A stretch of DNA of 64,000 nt from Acutalibacteraceae bacterium (GCA_963618495.1 CAVESF010000008.1:2749-66748); one strand, 5' to 3'. Positions 1 through 8,352 are shown, counted from the stretch's first letter. Notes: a model not told the origin generated them from the letters alone. Translations and numbers: made by a program.

Positions 1-122
1 CACAGTTCCCCGCAGGGTATTTTGTCGATACTCTTTGGCAGTTTCATTGCAAAAACCTCTTTTGTCTTATTTTTTATGTCGTTTTGCCTCCGGATATTTT
101 GCCGTGCAAATTTTCAGTGCGG

Positions 123-1298
123 TTATTTGCCTACGGCGATTTCTCCCGCTTTGGCAAGCGAAATCTTTGTGATAACAGGTCCCACTATCTCATATACAAG
201 CGTTGCGCAGAGCACGACCGCCTGAATTTTCATGCCGTATTCCGAGGGAAGCTCGGCTACAGCCATCTGCGCCATACCTACGGCAACGCCCGCCTGCGGC
301 AGGAGCGTGAGACCGAGATAATTGCGCACTTCCTTTGGCGAATGCGTGATTGAAGCTCCGACGAAAGCGCCGGTATATTTGCCGAGCGAGCGGAAGATGA
401 TATAGAGTACGCCGACAAGACCGACCGAGGGCAGAACGGAAAGATTCAGCTCCGCACCGGATATCACGAAGAAAAGCATGAAGAGCGGCGGAGTCCAGCG
501 GTCGACGCCCTCGAGAATCTTTTCGTATTCGCCGCAGAGATTTGCAAAGAGCGCACCTATCATCATGCAGACAAGAAGCGAAGAAAGCGAGAATATCTCC
601 GAAAGAGCGACGCCGACTATCGTCGCCATGACGCAGAGCGAAAGGCGATTGGCACGCGATTTGAAGAAGCGGCAGCAGATTGCCAGCAGAGCGCCGATGG
701 CCGCGCCGATAACGAGTGAGAGAACTATCTCGACAAGCGGCTCGACGAGCATATTTTCAACACTCGGCTCCGTGCCTGTGGCAAGTGCCTTTGCTATCGA
801 GAAAAATACGGAGAATATCATCAGACCGAAAGCATCGTCAAGCGCGACAACGGGAAGAAGCGTGTCGGTAAGCGGTCCCTTTGCCTTATATTGGCGGACT
901 ACGAGAAGCGTAGCCGCAGGCGCCGTTGCCGTTGCTATGGCGGAAAGAGTGAAGGCGATGGATTTATCCGTTCCCGTGACAAGCAGTATCAGAAGAACGA
1001 AAAGCGTTGCCGTGAAAGCCTGAAAGCCTGTTATCACGGTGATTCTCCTGCCGAGTGATTTCAGCGAAGAGAGGCGGAATTCGCCGCCTATGGAAAAGGC
1101 GATGAAGCCGAGGGCAACATTTACTATTGTGTCAAAGCTGTCTATGGCTTCGGCACTGACAAGTCCTGAAACAGAGGGACCGATAAGCAGTCCCGCGATA
1201 AGAAAAGCGGTAACATTCGGCAGGCGTACAAGCTTGATAATGCGCGTCATAAGCAGGCCTGCCGCCATCGCTATGCCGAGCGCGAGTAAAGTATTCAT
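123..1298 (-). CDS. Cation:proton antiporter (Na+/H+ or K+/H+ exchanger superfamily), polytopic membrane protein
   Basis: 391-aa ORF made almost entirely of hydrophobic helices. The N-terminus MNTLLALGIAMAAGLLMTRIIKLVRLPNVTAFLIAGLLIGPS is typical of Na_H_exchanger/CPA proteins. No fused soluble KTN domain is visible. Confidence 0.8.
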   Translation of the reverse strand: MNTLLALGIAMAAGLLMTRIIKLVRLPNVTAFLIAGLLIGPSVSGLVSAEAIDSFDTIVNVALGFIAFSIGGEFRLSSLKSLGRRITVITGFQAFTATLFVLLILLVTGTDKSIAFTLSAIATATAPAATLLVVRQYKAKGPLTDTLLPVVALDDAFGLMIFSVFFSIAKALATGTEPSVENMLVEPLVEIVLSLVIGAAIGALLAICCRFFKSRANRLSLCVMATIVGVALSEIFSLSSLLVCMMIGALFANLCGEYEKILEGVDRWTPPLFMLFFVISGAELNLSVLPSVGLVGVLYIIFRSLGKYTGAFVGASITHSPKEVRNYLGLTLLPQAGVAVGMAQMAVAELPSEYGMKIQAVVLCATLVYEIVGPVITKISLAKAGEIAVGK

Positions 1299-1369
1299 TT
1301 CAGTTTATTCAAAATTATCCGAATATATCGGGATTAGGTCCTTTCGAGTATAAATTTCTTTTTGCCGTG

Positions 1370-1705
1370 TCAGATTCCTTCGGCAAACGATACGGGAACG
1401 GTAAAGATTATACCTGTGCCGGGCTTGTCGAGTCCGCCTGTCGCCTTGTTTACTATGGCACGGGCTGTTTCCACCTGCTCATCGCGGAGTATCACAAGAA
1501 CGGTTTTATTCTGCTCATGGTCGGGATTGATGAATTTGCGGAGCGAGCCGAATATCGGAGGCGGCTCTACCGTCTCATGACCGATATACTGCACCTCACC
1601 CATGGAATCATAGATTGTGGCGCCCTTTATTCCGGCACTGAGAAATTCGCCGAGAAGTTTCGGCAGACACTCTGTTTTATTGAGAATCAGAACGAAAAGC
1701 TGCAT
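1370..1705 (-). CDS. P-II-like (GlnB-fold) small signalling protein, first gene of a two-gene unit with the antiporter
   Basis: 111 aa. The C-terminal GTGIIFTVPV resembles the GDGKIFV motif of P-II proteins, and there is a long central loop. It is co-oriented with 123..1298 and lies 71 nt upstream of it. Confidence 0.5.
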   Translation of the reverse strand: MQLFVLILNKTECLPKLLGEFLSAGIKGATIYDSMGEVQYIGHETVEPPPIFGSLRKFINPDHEQNKTVLVILRDEQVETARAIVNKATGGLDKPGTGIIFTVPVSFAEGI

Positions 1706-1873
1706 ATAAAAAGCCTCCTTAATATTATATATAAAATGACAATTCTCTACATTTTGTGATTATAGCACCGAGCGGCTTTTTTGTCAAGAGCTACGGATAT
1801 TTATGAGAAAACATGTGTACGACAAAACAGACGCGCTCTTCGGTGCGTCTGTTTCAAATATGATTTACTTGGC

Positions 1874-4150
1874 TTATTTAAGCAACTTGAGCGCGGAATT
1901 ATAAGCTTCCGTTATCTGATCTGCCGTGAGTGCGCCGGTGTATATCTTGCCATCCACCATAGTCATTCCCTTTGTCGGGAAATCGCCGCCGACATTGCCC
2001 TTGGTAATATCGTTGCCGAGGCAGAAATAATTGAATGTGCCGTCCCCACCGACCTTGAATGTGCTGTTTATGGCAACCGCAGCATTCAGCTTGCCGTTTA
2101 CATAGATATAGCATTTACCGTCGGATATGCTGTATACGCCGACAACATGAACAAGCTCTGTAGAAGCAGAAGTTGCATATGCTCCCGTATTGTAGCCTGT
2201 GCCGCCGCCTGTGATGAAATAAGGTTTGCCTGTCTTATCCTCGGCAAGACCCCAGCCGCCTGCCTGTGTGCCGCAGATGATGCCCTGAACAGCGCCCTTT
2301 GTCGGCATTACATAGAATGCTTCAACGGAAAAGCCGTTTTCAGCCCATGTCTTGAAAGCATCCTGCGTTGTCAGTTCCTTGAATTTACAGATGACATACT
2401 TGTCTTCCGAAGCCTTGAGCGCATCGGCAGTATATGCCTTGCCGCCGTGAATGACCGTTGCATTTTCAACGGTAGCGCCCATATTTGTCACTTCTATGCG
2501 ACCAAGCGTGTCCTTTACCGTGCCGCCCGAGAAATCGAAATCGGCATAAAGCTCGGCTTTCTTCTCCGTGACTTCGCCCTTTGTCGATTCCCACTCGTAT
2601 ACGAATGTATCGCTTGCCGCATCCCATGAGTCATATGCCGTGAGCGTGACTTTATACTTGCCGTCCTTGAGATTTCCGAGGAAAAGCTCATAGCTGCTCT
2701 TCATATCGCTTCTCTTCGCATGATGATAGAAATCCGAGAGAATTTTCTTGTTTATCACCTTGCCCGCCGTGATATGCTTTATCTCTATTTCATAGTGATG
2801 AGCAAATTCATCGTCGGTAGCCGCGTCGAATGTGAGATAGGTCTTTACGCCTGTCTTTGTATTTTCCCTGGCGTCAATCTTGACATTGCCGAGCACGGGA
2901 GCCTTGTTTGCCGCTTCTCTTGTCTCGCGGCTGTATTTTTTCAGATGGGTACCCTCTGCATCGGGATGAGCTATTGTCCATGGCTCTTCGAAAGGAGTAT
3001 CCTCGGAGAAGAACATCTTTGTCACCTTGACATTGCCGTTTTCATCTACCTGGACAAGCAATCCGGAGGAAATCTCATATCTGTCGTTCATGGTGGTAGT
3101 GCCTGCCATGTTTTCATAGCCGCCCGCTTCTATCGCCATATAACGGACAGATCCGCAGCCGAGCGAAGTGAAAGCGCCCTGCATGATAGAGCGGTTGTCA
3201 TTTATCGGGAAGTGCAGATGACCGCCGAAGGTCACGACCTGCGAATATTTTGATAGTGTGGGAGTAAGATATGTTGTAGACCAATAAGAAGGATTGCCGT
3301 TGAGATCGCTTCCGTAGCAGGTATTGTATATCATCGGGTGCGTGCATACGAAAACATACTGCTCGGGATTTTCCTCCGTAAGCTTGCGGAGCATATTGTC
3401 GAGCCATTCCACAGCTTCCTTTGAATAGGGACAGCCTATCGTGCTGCTGTAGGTTTCCGGCTCGAGCATGAGGAAGTGATAGCCGTTTACTACACAGTCG
3501 CGAACGCCTATGCTGAGGTTTGTATCCTCTGTATCAATGCCCTCGCCAAAGTATTTCTCGCCGAAAGCAAGCTCATAGTCCATGAGATTCAGGCACTGAC
3601 CCATGATGGAATCGTGGTTGCCTGTAACAAGCAGGGTTTTTACATCGTCGGAAAGAGCGCTCTCGAGCGCGCTCTTGAAATAGCCGAGTTCCGCCGCCTT
3701 GCCCGTATCGGCGATGTCGCCGACTACCGCAAGAGCGTCAAGCTTGCCGCCGTTTTTGGCTGCTTCTTTTGTGAGCTGTGCGACAGCACTCTTCACCTTA
3801 TCAACAGCGTCGCCGCTCTCCGCATTTACATGGACATCGGAGATGGCGCCGAATGAGAGAACAATCTTACTCTCGTCAAATTCGGCCGGCTTTATAACAA
3901 CGGGAGGAACGGTTGTTTCCGTAGTTTCGGTCATGCTCTCTGTTGTTTCAGTTGTTTTTGTGGTTTCCGTTGCTTTTGTCGTTTCCGTTGCTTTTGTCGT
4001 TTCCGTTGCCTTTGTCGTTTCCGTGATTTTTGTGCTGACAGTGGTCGCACTTTCTGTTGTGGAATCAGTCATTTCGTTTGGATCCTTTCCGCAGGCGCCG
4101 AGAAGAAGAATCATCGTCAGCGCAAGAAAAACAGCTAAAAATTTCTTCAT
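1874..4150 (-). CDS. Surface lipoprotein with a Thr-rich repeat linker, a calcineurin-like metallophosphoesterase domain and a C-terminal LamG/concanavalin-like domain
   Basis: Signal peptide with lipobox (MKKFLAVFLALTMILLLGAC) and TETTKA repeats. Metallophosphoesterase motifs GDIADTG, GNHD and GGHLHFP are present. RBS AAGGAGGAAGG lies upstream of the ATG. Confidence 0.7.
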   Translation of the reverse strand: MKKFLAVFLALTMILLLGACGKDPNEMTDSTTESATTVSTKITETTKATETTKATETTKATETTKTTETTESMTETTETTVPPVVIKPAEFDESKIVLSFGAISDVHVNAESGDAVDKVKSAVAQLTKEAAKNGGKLDALAVVGDIADTGKAAELGYFKSALESALSDDVKTLLVTGNHDSIMGQCLNLMDYELAFGEKYFGEGIDTEDTNLSIGVRDCVVNGYHFLMLEPETYSSTIGCPYSKEAVEWLDNMLRKLTEENPEQYVFVCTHPMIYNTCYGSDLNGNPSYWSTTYLTPTLSKYSQVVTFGGHLHFPINDNRSIMQGAFTSLGCGSVRYMAIEAGGYENMAGTTTMNDRYEISSGLLVQVDENGNVKVTKMFFSEDTPFEEPWTIAHPDAEGTHLKKYSRETREAANKAPVLGNVKIDARENTKTGVKTYLTFDAATDDEFAHHYEIEIKHITAGKVINKKILSDFYHHAKRSDMKSSYELFLGNLKDGKYKVTLTAYDSWDAASDTFVYEWESTKGEVTEKKAELYADFDFSGGTVKDTLGRIEVTNMGATVENATVIHGGKAYTADALKASEDKYVICKFKELTTQDAFKTWAENGFSVEAFYVMPTKGAVQGIICGTQAGGWGLAEDKTGKPYFITGGGTGYNTGAYATSASTELVHVVGVYSISDGKCYIYVNGKLNAAVAINSTFKVGGDGTFNYFCLGNDITKGNVGGDFPTKGMTMVDGKIYTGALTADQITEAYNSALKLLK
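3945..4034 (-). repeat. Five tandem 18-bp units (plus-strand GTTTCCGTTGCTTTTGTC and variants) encoding (T-E-T-T-K-A)n inside the lipoprotein gene
   Basis: Two units are identical (3963-3980, 3981-3998). A third (3999-4016) differs at one base and is flanked by degenerate copies. All are in frame with CDS 1874..4150. Confidence 0.9.
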
Positions 4151-4388
4151 TTATACCTTCCTCCTTAAATAGAAGATAATATTGTAAATATATATTATCA
4201 TAGAGGTCGTGGGTTATCAACCTACTTTTATATACCAAAGCGGGAACCATCGGTTGCGCATAGAGAAACTGCCGTTTTGTTTTTGTGCAAAATGACGACA
4301 GGCTCGTAAAAACCGCATATCTTCACGGATAAAAAAGCCATAACCGTGCAAAAATATAAAAATAAATTCTGAAAATTGCATAAAACTA

Positions 4389-4417
4389 TTGACTTGCGGC
4401 AATTTTTGTGGTAAACT
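4389..4417 (+). promoter_or_regulatory. SigA-type promoter for tRNA-Ser
   Basis: TTGACT (4389-4394), 17-nt spacer, TAAACT (4412-4417), about 40 nt upstream of the tRNA 5' end. Confidence 0.55.
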
Positions 4418-4455
4418 ATCAAAGCGCGGTGAAAACCGCACCTCATACTTGTTAT

Positions 4456-4547
4456 GGAGAAGTCGCCTAGTTGGTCGAGGGCGCACGACTGGAAATCGTG
4501 TAACCGCCATAAACGGTTCGAGAGTTCGAATCTCTCCTTCTCCGCCA
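4456..4547 (+). tRNA. tRNA-Ser (anticodon GGA), class II with long variable arm, 3' CCA encoded
   Basis: Acceptor stem GGAGAAG/CTTCTCC. Anticodon stem CACGA/TCGTG with loop CT-GGA-AA (GGA at 4491-4493). Long variable arm, T-arm GAGAG-TTCGAAT-CTCTC, discriminator G plus CCA. Confidence 0.93.
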
Positions 4548-4556
4548 TACAACAAT

Positions 4557-4586
4557 AGGATTGATACGAGAGTGTCAGTCCTTTTT
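4557..4586 (+). terminator. Probable rho-independent terminator after tRNA-Ser
   Basis: AGGATTGA ... TCAGTCCT stem (one mismatch) followed by TTTTT. Confidence 0.45.
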
Positions 4587-4647
4587 GTTGGCTCTTTGTC
4601 AATAGTTAGGGTAGAAAAATCTGACGAAAATGTAAGAAATCATTGAA

Positions 4648-4700
4648 AAGCATAGGGGAAGCGTCACGAAACGTAGTGGAGTGGCGCTTCCCCTATGCTT
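4648..4700 (-). terminator. Perfect 16-bp stem-loop, probably a minus-strand terminator
   Basis: AAGCATAGGGGAAGCG (4648-4663) pairs perfectly with CGCTTCCCCTATGCTT (4685-4700) across a 21-nt loop. On the minus strand it is followed by TTTTCAATGATTT. Confidence 0.4.
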
Positions 4701-4931
4701 CGGCGCCGCTTTTGCCTTTAAATTCATCAATTCCGAGTACTTCCGGCAGTCGCATCGGTTTGCTGTATTGGATGTTTAGAAAAAAACTTACATTATATCA
4801 GACTTTTTTCAGATATGCTTGTTCTTTTTTTATTTTCTTTAGCTTATCCGAGGTTCCCCCCAACTTTTATTATAGAACCTTAATTAAATGCTTTTGACTC
4901 AGCCCCTTTGGCTTTTTATACAGGCGTATAA

Positions 4932-5915
4932 TTATCTTTCTCCCCTTGCCAGTTTCTGGCTTCTGATATCCTTTCCCGAGAAAAGTATCAGCTCAAATTC
5001 GCCGAAGATGCGCGAGGTTATGCGGTCGGCATAGCGCGAGAAAAGCTCTTCCTTTTTGATGTTAGTGCTGATTATCATGCTCTTCTCGCCTATCAGGCGG
5101 GCATTGAGCAGATTATAGAGCGTAGCCACGGTAAACTGATTTGAGGCCTCTGTTCCGAGGTCATCTATTATCAGAAGTTCGCAATCGAAGTAGCGTGCCG
5201 TTCTTGATTCGCTTCCCTGCGCCTGATATCCTCTGCCGAAGCGCTCATATTCGAAATCGTTGAAAATATTGTTTGCCGTTTCATAGACAACATCATAGCC
5301 GCGGTCGATAACAGCCTTCGCTATCGCGCTGGAAAGATGCGTTTTGCCGAGTCCCGTCGTACCCATGAAAAGCAGATTTCTTGCCTTTTCATCGCCGAAA
5401 TTTGCGGCGAAGCTCTTCGCCTTTTCAAGCGCACGCTCCATATTTCTGCGTTCGTCGCCGCTATAATAGCTGAGGTCGAAATTATCAAAGCTCTGCTTGG
5501 CAATGAGATTGCCGATACCCGAGCTTTCGTAGCCCGCGAGCACAAGCGCACGCCTCATGCATTTGCACATCACGCCGTTTATCATGCCCGTGTCCATGCA
5601 TTCGGGGCATTCGTAGTGCACATCGCTGTAATCCTCCGGCACACCCTTTGAAAGCAGGATATCGCGGCGGGCAGAGAGCAACTCCTCATTGTCCCTTTTC
5701 AGCGCGTCTATGCGCTCGTGAAGCGCCGCAGGGTCGCCTTTTGCCGCCTGTATCAGCTTGAGTCCCGTCATCGCGAGTTCACCATCTATGCTCGCTATCT
5801 CGGGGAAACGCGCATGAAGCACCTTTTTTCTGCGTTCCGCATCCTCTTTGGCACGCAGATTTTTTGTCATATATTCCTCGGATATTCTCTTGAAATTCGC
5901 CTTATTGTAGCTCAT
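4932..5915 (-). CDS. DnaC/DnaI-type replicative helicase loader (AAA+ ATPase)
   Basis: 327 aa. Walker A GTTGLGKTHL and Walker B LLIIDDLG are present, with an N-terminal Cys-rich zinc module (CPECMDTG...CKC). It overlaps the upstream DnaD-domain gene by 4 nt. Confidence 0.8.
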   Translation of the reverse strand: MSYNKANFKRISEEYMTKNLRAKEDAERRKKVLHARFPEIASIDGELAMTGLKLIQAAKGDPAALHERIDALKRDNEELLSARRDILLSKGVPEDYSDVHYECPECMDTGMINGVMCKCMRRALVLAGYESSGIGNLIAKQSFDNFDLSYYSGDERRNMERALEKAKSFAANFGDEKARNLLFMGTTGLGKTHLSSAIAKAVIDRGYDVVYETANNIFNDFEYERFGRGYQAQGSESRTARYFDCELLIIDDLGTEASNQFTVATLYNLLNARLIGEKSMIISTNIKKEELFSRYADRITSRIFGEFELILFSGKDIRSQKLARGER

Positions 5916-6877
5916 GCTTTATCCCCTCCGATTCCGCGCGATGCGGCAAGATTGAAAAATTCATCGAGGTCAAAGCCCGCCTCGCTCTTGCCAGCGGGCT
6001 TTTTCTTATCGCTCTTTTCGTATTCGGCGACAGACTCGGGTGTTTTCAGTCCTGCCGCCGCCCAATCCGCAAGCATTTTGTTTTCATATGAAAATGAAGG
6101 ACGCGTCACTTTCGGGCTTTTCATCATCTTTTCGTAGCCGTATTCGATAAGCTCAAACGAAATGCCGAGTTTCGCCCAGTTTTCAAGACATTCCTTCTCG
6201 GTTTTTATCAGTGCGCGCTCGCCTATTCCGAAGAGTGTGCGAACTTTATATTCGAGCGAGCGCTTTTCATCCTCGCGCTTGATATATTCCTCAAGCGCGG
6301 CGACTGAGCTTATCCCCTTGTCGTAGAGTCCTATCGCCGTCTGCTCTATGTAGCGAAGAGAACCTTTGCCTATATTCACGCAATATGAAACGAGAAGCAG
6401 GATAAACTCGTTATCGAGTCGCAGGTGGTCGGAGAGATAAACGATTATCTTGGTCTCGGCGGGAGTAAGACCTCCCTTTCCGAGCAGGGTCTGCGTCATC
6501 TCCGCCGTCTCCTTAAGCCTGCCGTTTTCGGCGAAAATCCGCTCTACATCCTCGCCGCTGTATGCCTGTGCGGACGGCTCGTCCGGTTTCTCGGACTTTT
6601 CGCTCTTACGCGCCCGGCGGTTGCGGCTTGCTGTCATATTCTTGCCGTCGTCATCGCATATTTCGAGCACACCGGTGCCGCGCCAGAAAGAAATCGCCGT
6701 CTCTACCTCCGCATCGGGCATGCCGAGCGCATCGGCTATCTCTTCCGAAGATGCTCCCGCGCCACCCGCGGCGGCGATGAGCACGCGGAGCTCGTTGCCC
6801 GATGCTTTTTCTATATGATTTGCCGTTTCGCCAGGCAGATTTATGACCGAGCTGCCGAAAAGAAGCCTGAGTTTCAA
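5912..6877 (-). CDS. DnaD-domain replication initiation / helicase-loading accessory protein
   Basis: The C-terminal half has the DnaD-like repeat region (LRYIEQTAIGLYDKGI..., NKMLADWAAAGLKT). I place the start at TTG 6875-6877, 7 nt after GGAGGA (6885-6890). The track ORF reaching 7165 reads through a DnaA-box intergenic region. Confidence 0.7.
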   Translation of the reverse strand: MKLRLLFGSSVINLPGETANHIEKASGNELRVLIAAAGGAGASSEEIADALGMPDAEVETAISFWRGTGVLEICDDDGKNMTASRNRRARKSEKSEKPDEPSAQAYSGEDVERIFAENGRLKETAEMTQTLLGKGGLTPAETKIIVYLSDHLRLDNEFILLLVSYCVNIGKGSLRYIEQTAIGLYDKGISSVAALEEYIKREDEKRSLEYKVRTLFGIGERALIKTEKECLENWAKLGISFELIEYGYEKMMKSPKVTRPSFSYENKMLADWAAAGLKTPESVAEYEKSDKKKPAGKSEAGFDLDEFFNLAASRGIGGDKA

Positions 6878-6933
6878 GACCGTTTCCTCCGTGATACCTA
6901 TAATTATTAGAACAAAATTAAAAATTACAAAAT

Positions 6934-7152
6934 TGTGAATAAAAATCCACCGTTTTGGGCAAGCTAATCGGTTATCCCGCGGAAAATGAGTTTTCCACAG
7001 GCGATTTTCGGGAAAACCGCCCGACTTCTCCACAAATTCCACAGGTTTTTCCACAGCATTTCGAAAAAAAGTGGCTGTGCAAGGCGTTTTTGCCGTTTTT
7101 GCCTCGGATTTATTAACAGCGCAATCCACAGCCTGTGGAAAACTTATCCGCG
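6934..7152. promoter_or_regulatory. DnaA-box cluster in the tsaD / dnaD-like intergenic region
   Basis: Four perfect matches to TTWTNCACA: 6934-6942 (reverse, TGTGAATAA), 6991-6999 and 7047-7055 (TTTTCCACA), 7134-7142 (reverse, TGTGGAAAA). Near matches: 7026-7034 TTCTCCACA, 7035-7043 AATTCCACA, 7122-7130 CAATCCACA, 7144-7152 TTATCCGCG. Confidence 0.75.
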
Positions 7153-7300
7153 CACAAAAAGCCAATTTTTGGATTTTTATACAGATGTATTAAATGAAAT
7201 AGCGCACAAATTGCCATATAAAAATTCTATATTTTGCCGATTTTCATTTTTCTCCCGCAAAGCTCTTGACAAATGAAAAAGCAAGTATCCGTTTCGCTTT

Positions 7301-8308
7301 TCAGAGCATGAAAAACGCGCTCGCATTGAGCGAAGTGTCGGAAAAGTTCCCCGCAAGATACTCGAAATATCCCGCCGCGGCTATCATTGCCGCATTGTCG
7401 CCGCAGTATTTCACCTCGGGATAGCGTAAAGCTATTCCTCTCTTTTTGCAAAGCTCCGCGAGAGACGCCCGCAAATGAGAGTTGGCAGCGACGCCGCCCG
7501 CAAGCGCGAGCGCACGGAGTTCCGGATGGCGCTCAAGCGCCATATCAAGCTTGATTACGGCTGAATTTACCGCCGCCGAAACGAAGCTTGCCGCCACATC
7601 CTCGCGACATATCTCCTCCCCTTTCTGCGAAGCGGAATTGAGATAATTGAGCACGGCGGTCTTGATTCCCGAGAATGAAAAATCAAGCGTTTCGTCATGT
7701 ATCGCGGCGCTCGGCAGTTTCAGCGTCGGCTTGCCCTCATAGGCGAGCCTGTCTATCGCGGCGCCACCGGGATACGGCATGCCGAGCACGCGGGCTACCT
7801 TATCAAAGCATTCGCCCATCGCATCATCGCGCGTGCCGCCGATTTCTTCTATATTATTATAATCATGCACAACAGCTATCGATGTATGACCGCCCGACGC
7901 CACAAAGGCAAGATACGGCGGCGTAAGCTCTGGCGGGAAGAGATAATTTGCCGCGATATGTCCTTTTATATGGTTTACGGCGACAAGCGGCTTGTCGTTT
8001 GCATAGGCAAGCGACTTTGCAAAGTTTACGCCCACGAGGAGCGCGCCGATAAGCCCCGGACTTGCCGTGACGGCGACAGCGTCTATCTCAGCCATGGAAA
8101 CGCCCGCGCAGGTGAGCGCATCGTATGTTATCTTCGAGATAGCTTCACAATGAGCGCGGCTCGCTATCTCGGGTACAACGCCGCCGAAACGCGCGTGTAC
8201 CTCTATCTGCGACGCCACTATATTCGAGAGAATCTCAAACTTTTCGCCACACGAGAGAACAGCCGCCGCTGTCTCATCGCATGAGCTTTCTATTCCGAGT
8301 ATTTTCAC
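7301..8308 (-). CDS. tsaD: tRNA N6-adenosine threonylcarbamoyltransferase TsaD (Kae1/Gcp family)
   Basis: 335 aa. N-terminus MKILGIESSCDETAAAV and the HxxxH-type metal site (NHIKGHIAAN) are characteristic. Confidence 0.95.
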   Translation of the reverse strand: MKILGIESSCDETAAAVLSCGEKFEILSNIVASQIEVHARFGGVVPEIASRAHCEAISKITYDALTCAGVSMAEIDAVAVTASPGLIGALLVGVNFAKSLAYANDKPLVAVNHIKGHIAANYLFPPELTPPYLAFVASGGHTSIAVVHDYNNIEEIGGTRDDAMGECFDKVARVLGMPYPGGAAIDRLAYEGKPTLKLPSAAIHDETLDFSFSGIKTAVLNYLNSASQKGEEICREDVAASFVSAAVNSAVIKLDMALERHPELRALALAGGVAANSHLRASLAELCKKRGIALRYPEVKYCGDNAAMIAAAGYFEYLAGNFSDTSLNASAFFML

Positions 8309-8352
8309 AAAAATGTCCTTTCTGCAAGGGTTTTAAGTTTTATACAAAAGTC

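Noticed and set aside
3945-4034. Regular short tandem repeats that could suggest a CRISPR array or a non-coding satellite.
   Set aside because: The units are contiguous with no spacers and are 18 bp long, a multiple of 3. They are in frame inside a lipoprotein gene, where they encode a TETTKA stalk. No cas genes are in the window.
4932-6877. The DnaD/DnaC-like pair next to a tRNA gene as the remnant of a prophage or integrative element.
   Set aside because: No integrase, excisionase, repressor or structural genes, and no direct repeat of the tRNA 3' end, were seen in the flanks. The neighbours are core housekeeping genes.
7096-7107. The 12-mer TTTTTGCCTCGG is shared between the DnaA-box region and the spacer at 40326-40337.
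   Set aside because: Roughly a hundred identical 12-mer pairs are expected by chance in 64 kb. The flanks do not extend the match, so there is no evidence for a repeat family.
5912-7165. N-terminally extended track ORFs, this one and also 11559..13088, 37145..40420, 40796..41965, 21132..21791, 55951..56430, 10112..11629, 19137..20198 and 58209..59783.
   Set aside because: The extensions run through promoters, a T-box leader, DnaA boxes or the preceding gene, and they lack an RBS. In each case an internal start with a good Shine-Dalgarno sequence and a family-typical N-terminus exists, and I used that start instead.
6878-7300. The DnaA-box cluster plus adjacent AT-rich tract could be the chromosomal origin (oriC).
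   Set aside because: No dnaA, dnaN or rpmH is nearby, and genes on both sides (dnaD-like to the left, tsaD to the right) are transcribed in the same direction. There is therefore no divergence of gene orientation as expected at an origin. A regulatory or DnaA-titrating cluster fits better, although origin function cannot be excluded without skew or marker-frequency data.
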